Assembly (NCBI RefSeq): GCF_001194135.2 | Contig: NC_068988.1 | Span: forward strand, 2,906,879-2,970,878 | Length of the DNA: 64,000 bases | From: Octopus bimaculoides | Taxonomy: Eukaryota | Direction of reading: 5' to 3' | In this document: one piece after another, positions 60,431-64,000 of the stretch | How positions within the stretch are numbered: position 1 is the stretch's first letter | Layout of the letters: the number at the start of each line of letters is the position of its first letter | Made by a program: the position numbers and the translations under genes | Notes under the pieces: model-generated | What the model saw: only the letters and a program-made list of their open reading frames with translations | Told to the model about the DNA's origin: nothing | Database searches by the model: none

Positions 60431-61729
60431 GAAGGAGAGAGAGATTTGTTCTAAGATGCTGAAGTTTTAACTATAGATCCGTTTATTGAAGAGTTGTTAT
60501 TTCCACTCACCTTCAAGGTCATCATGTACCCAGAAATTATATTTTCTTAATATTGTCTTCGTATGGTATTTTTACTTGAATAATTGGTACTTTTTTGAAA
60601 TATTTGCCATTAGTTGCATATAATATTGTGTTGCTTTAGTTGCAATTTGTTTGTAGCTTTGACTTGTTTTATGGTAAGCAGTTAATCTTATTGCTTCAAA
60701 CTATCAAAGTGCTAATGCTTTTCACACAGCTATAGTTATCTTTTATGTTGATACTGTTGACCACTTTATAGTCCTTCTGGTTGATTTTTCTGACTAATGT
60801 TGAGAAATAACTAGCTGTATTAGACACAACATTCATGCTAAGCAACAATTCAACAGCATAATTTATTTTGTTTGGCTTCACCGTTCTGTGGATTTTGTTC
60901 TTGTCTGCTCTCCAGTTTCTATTTATATCTGTTTTTCATCATTGCATCACAGTATCACTATATCACTGTGCAATGTAATTAAATAGCTTTTGCTATAAGA
61001 TTTACTGCATATTTCCCTACCAATATTTCTAACTAAATTTTGCATAACTGTAGGTAGATAATTAACATTTCTGTTAATAGAAATTCTTCATTTCGTTTTC
61101 TACAAAGAGAATACTCATATCTAATTAGGTTTAATTTGATATCTAAAGAGTCACATGTCTTTAGTTAACTCTAACAACGAACTGTAGGTGAATTTCTAAT
61201 AACTTTCTATTAGATTATGTCAAAACCTGCCATAGTTGTAGTCATCATTCTTTTTAAGAAGACAAATTTACACTCTAGATCTATCATACAGTAAAAACTG
61301 CATCATCTTCCTTCTACATTCTTGTTGGAAACCTCATTGTACAAAAGCTCCCCAGATCTTATAACATTCCATTTCCAGGTAAGGAATACATCATGTGCTA
61401 ATAAATAGAAGACAGTTCAAACTATAAATTTAGTGTTATATTATCAATACTGTTCTCATTCAGGTTACAAAGTTATTAAAAATGTGGAAAGGTATTTTGG
61501 AGGATCCCTTCTTGGAGTATAAGTATTTTATATATCTGCTTTTGAATGAATTTGTTGTGAAGTTCTTGTATATTTTTCTCAATGTCCTCCTTATCAAACC
61601 TCTTCTATTATGGACGACTGATGAGGGTTTCGTATTTTCTTGTTGAATAACCTGCTCAGATGATTTGTTTATCATAATCAAACGTTTGTGCCGTACGTTA
61701 TCCCACTCTTTCCCATTTAATCCACATTT

Positions 61730-61895
61730 CCAGTACAGAAGAATGGTGTGCTACATATCAAATATCAAACTGATTGCAGAACAATGTGAGGTGAAGCGTG
61801 TTATGCAAGAACACAACACACTATCTGGTCTGAGAATTGAAACCATGATCTTGTAATCATGAATGCAATGTCCCAACCATTCTATTACATGTGTT
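61730..61895 (-). mobile_element. tRNA-headed SINE family F copy
   Basis: GGTCTGAGAATTGAAACCATGATCTTGTAATCATGAATGCAA parallels 26910-26960. Confidence 0.6.
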
Positions 61896-63102
61896 CACAT
61901 TCCTGTATAGTTTTTAACCAGATATACAAGTGGTATAGCAAATCATTTGCATAGCAGCATTGCCAATGTAACTACAATAAGCCTGTTTCTTATTCTTACT
62001 GAGTATTAAGAATGCCTAATGATGATAATGGTTAGCAGAGGCATTTTCTGATTGCACTAGTGGTCTCTGGTTATATTGAATTCCAAATTCATATTTAACT
62101 TTGTTGTTCTATGAATATACACTAGTATATATTATAAGTTTTTCAAACTAAATTTTCGCCTCTTACAATCATTGTTGTGTTAGATGGCCACACAAATACA
62201 TTTTGACAGAAAATATTATGTTCCATATTCTTTTATTTATGTTATAAACAGAATTATTATGATAAAGGATGGTTGATTAGAATTCTTGGCATTATTTAGA
62301 AGTTTAGCTTAATAAAAGTATAGTATTTGTGACTAGTTTTAAAATAATACATATAAATTTATAAAATACAAATTAATTCTTACAATAAATTTAAAGTTAA
62401 TTTTCTTGGAGCCATCTATTAACATTCTTTCCAAATTTCTCTTCAGTTGAGATGATTGTCAACCCATAATCTCAATATTCTTCTAAAAAGCTATATTTGT
62501 TAATGATGCACAAACTTAAGACCTCCTATGCCTTAACTTCAGTGTAGCCAGAAATCTCTAAAGAATGGTTAAACAAAGCATTTAGAGTTTTTTGGTTTAG
62601 AAATTTCTTAGATGAAGAATTATCATCATCATTCAGACTAGCATTCTTATTTTGGTTGCTATAGTTACAACATTTCTAACCATCTAACCATCTTTGGGTA
62701 GCTCTTTTATGAAAACAACTTCCTTGAGGTGCCTGTTATGCCTTCCAACCATTTTCAAGTACCTGTTATATTTTGCAATGTTTTCAGAATTTCTAATTCA
62801 ACCCTAACTTTAATCCATGGCAGTAGATTCTTTACCTTCCATTGTCCATCTCAAGGATATCTTCTATTAGTTTCTTGTGATACCATTTGCTCATTCCAAC
62901 CAAACAAGATTATTGTACTCTTTCCCAAAGATTGAACACTCCACCCAAACCACTACCTTTGACACTCACTTCCTACATTCACCAACACTTAAAGTTTATA
63001 TACACTATCTTATTGCTTGACTTTTCTTTCTTGGACCATATTCTACATCTTAAACTTAATTTCATTCCTTACATTTAAAATTTAGTTGAATTCTTGAATT
63101 AC

Positions 63103-63360
63103 AGGCACTGGTGTGGCTGTGTGGTAAGAAGCTTGCTTCCCAACCAATTGGTTTCAGGTTCAGTCCCGTTTCTTGATACCTTGCACAGGTGTCTTTTACT
63201 ATAGCCTCAGGCTGACCAAAGCCTTGTGAGTGGATTTGGTAAAAAAAAACTGAAAGAAGTTGCAGGTTTTAAGACAATAAAAAGTGGGTTTGATTCATTC
63301 AAGCAGGTGCTCCAGCATGGCCACAATGGAATGACTAAAACAAGTAAAAGATAAAAGATA
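63103..63360 (+). mobile_element. SINE family C with internal deletion
   Basis: Intact head GTGGCTGTGTGGTAAGAAGC...GGTTCAGTCCC and tail GGTGCTCCAGCATGGCCAC...AAACAAGTAAAAGATAAAAGATA, central part missing. Confidence 0.85.
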
Positions 63361-63712
63361 TGTTTTATTTATTTTCATTTTGTAAATAAGAACAAATTTT
63401 GACTAACATTTTTGAACTTAATGTATCTAAACTTAATGCAAATCTAAAGATAAAAAAAAAACCAAAAAGAAAGCCACAGAAACTCTAAACAATTTTTAAT
63501 TAGTTGATTCTATTAAGACATGAAATATTTATAAATGCTAATAGTGTCAATACAAATAGTTTTTGTAAATAACGAATTTAATCATGCATTCACATTTTAA
63601 AATCATGTCACAAATTATAATCAACCACATTTCACAAATTCTCTTTCTACTAGGACTGCTTACATTACTGCTTCTTGTATATACTTCCTCTTATATATAT
63701 ATATATATATAT

Positions 63713-64000
63713 ATCATCATCATCATCATCATCGTTTAACGTCCGCTTTCCATGCTAGCATGGGTTGGACGATTTGACTGAGGACTGGTGAAACCGGATG
63801 GCAACACCAGGCTCCAGTCTGATTTGGCAGAGTTTCTACAGCTGGATGCCCTTCCTAACGCCAACCACTCAGAGAGTGTAGTGGGTGCTTTTACGTGTCA
63901 CCCGCATGAAAACGGCCACGCTCGAAATGGTGTCTTTTATGTGCCACCCGCACAAGCCAGTCCAGGGGCGCTGGCAACGATCTCGCTCGAAAATCCTACA
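63713..64000 (-). mobile_element. CpG-retaining (probably young) RTE 3' UTR copy (family A), continuing past the window
   Basis: CATCATCGTTTAACGTCCGCTTTCCATGCTAGCATGGGTTGGACG...CTGGATGCCCTTCCTAACGCCAACCACTCAGAGAGTGTAGTGGGTG. Confidence 0.92.

Noticed and set aside
61279-61378. 100-nt exon candidate ending CAG/GTAAGG
   Set aside because: Poor pyrimidine tract and no recognisable peptide; insufficient support.

Overview
AT-rich, microsatellite-dense animal genomic DNA with seven N-gaps, each flanked by dinucleotide repeats. The SINE and LINE families resemble those I know from octopus genomes, so an Octopus origin is inferred. There is no complete protein-coding gene, rRNA, tRNA gene or CRISPR array. 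The window reads as large-intron or intergenic DNA with one well-formed candidate internal coding exon (28269-28347, +) of an unidentified gene. The rest is layered mobile-element debris: at least three tRNA-headed SINE families, many copies of an RTE LINE 3' UTR carrying a variable tandem repeat, ORF remnants of RTE, RTE-X-like, R4/Dong-like and L1/Tx1-like LINEs, and mariner, Tc1-MITE, hAT, THAP-, piggyBac- and Helentron-like DNA elements. Most notable is a 563-bp, hairpin-rich unit with a 71-bp terminal redundancy (34786-35419) containing a complete minimal type I hammerhead ribozyme fold (35182-35260), i.e. a retrozyme-like or Penelope-derived element. Also notable: a fold-back mariner derivative, a 75-bp higher-order minisatellite with 20 TTCCAGGAA-type (STAT/GAS-like) cores, and an RTE remnant whose endonuclease is joined almost directly to its C-terminal zinc finger. 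TE boundaries are approximate and all family assignments come from motif recognition by eye.
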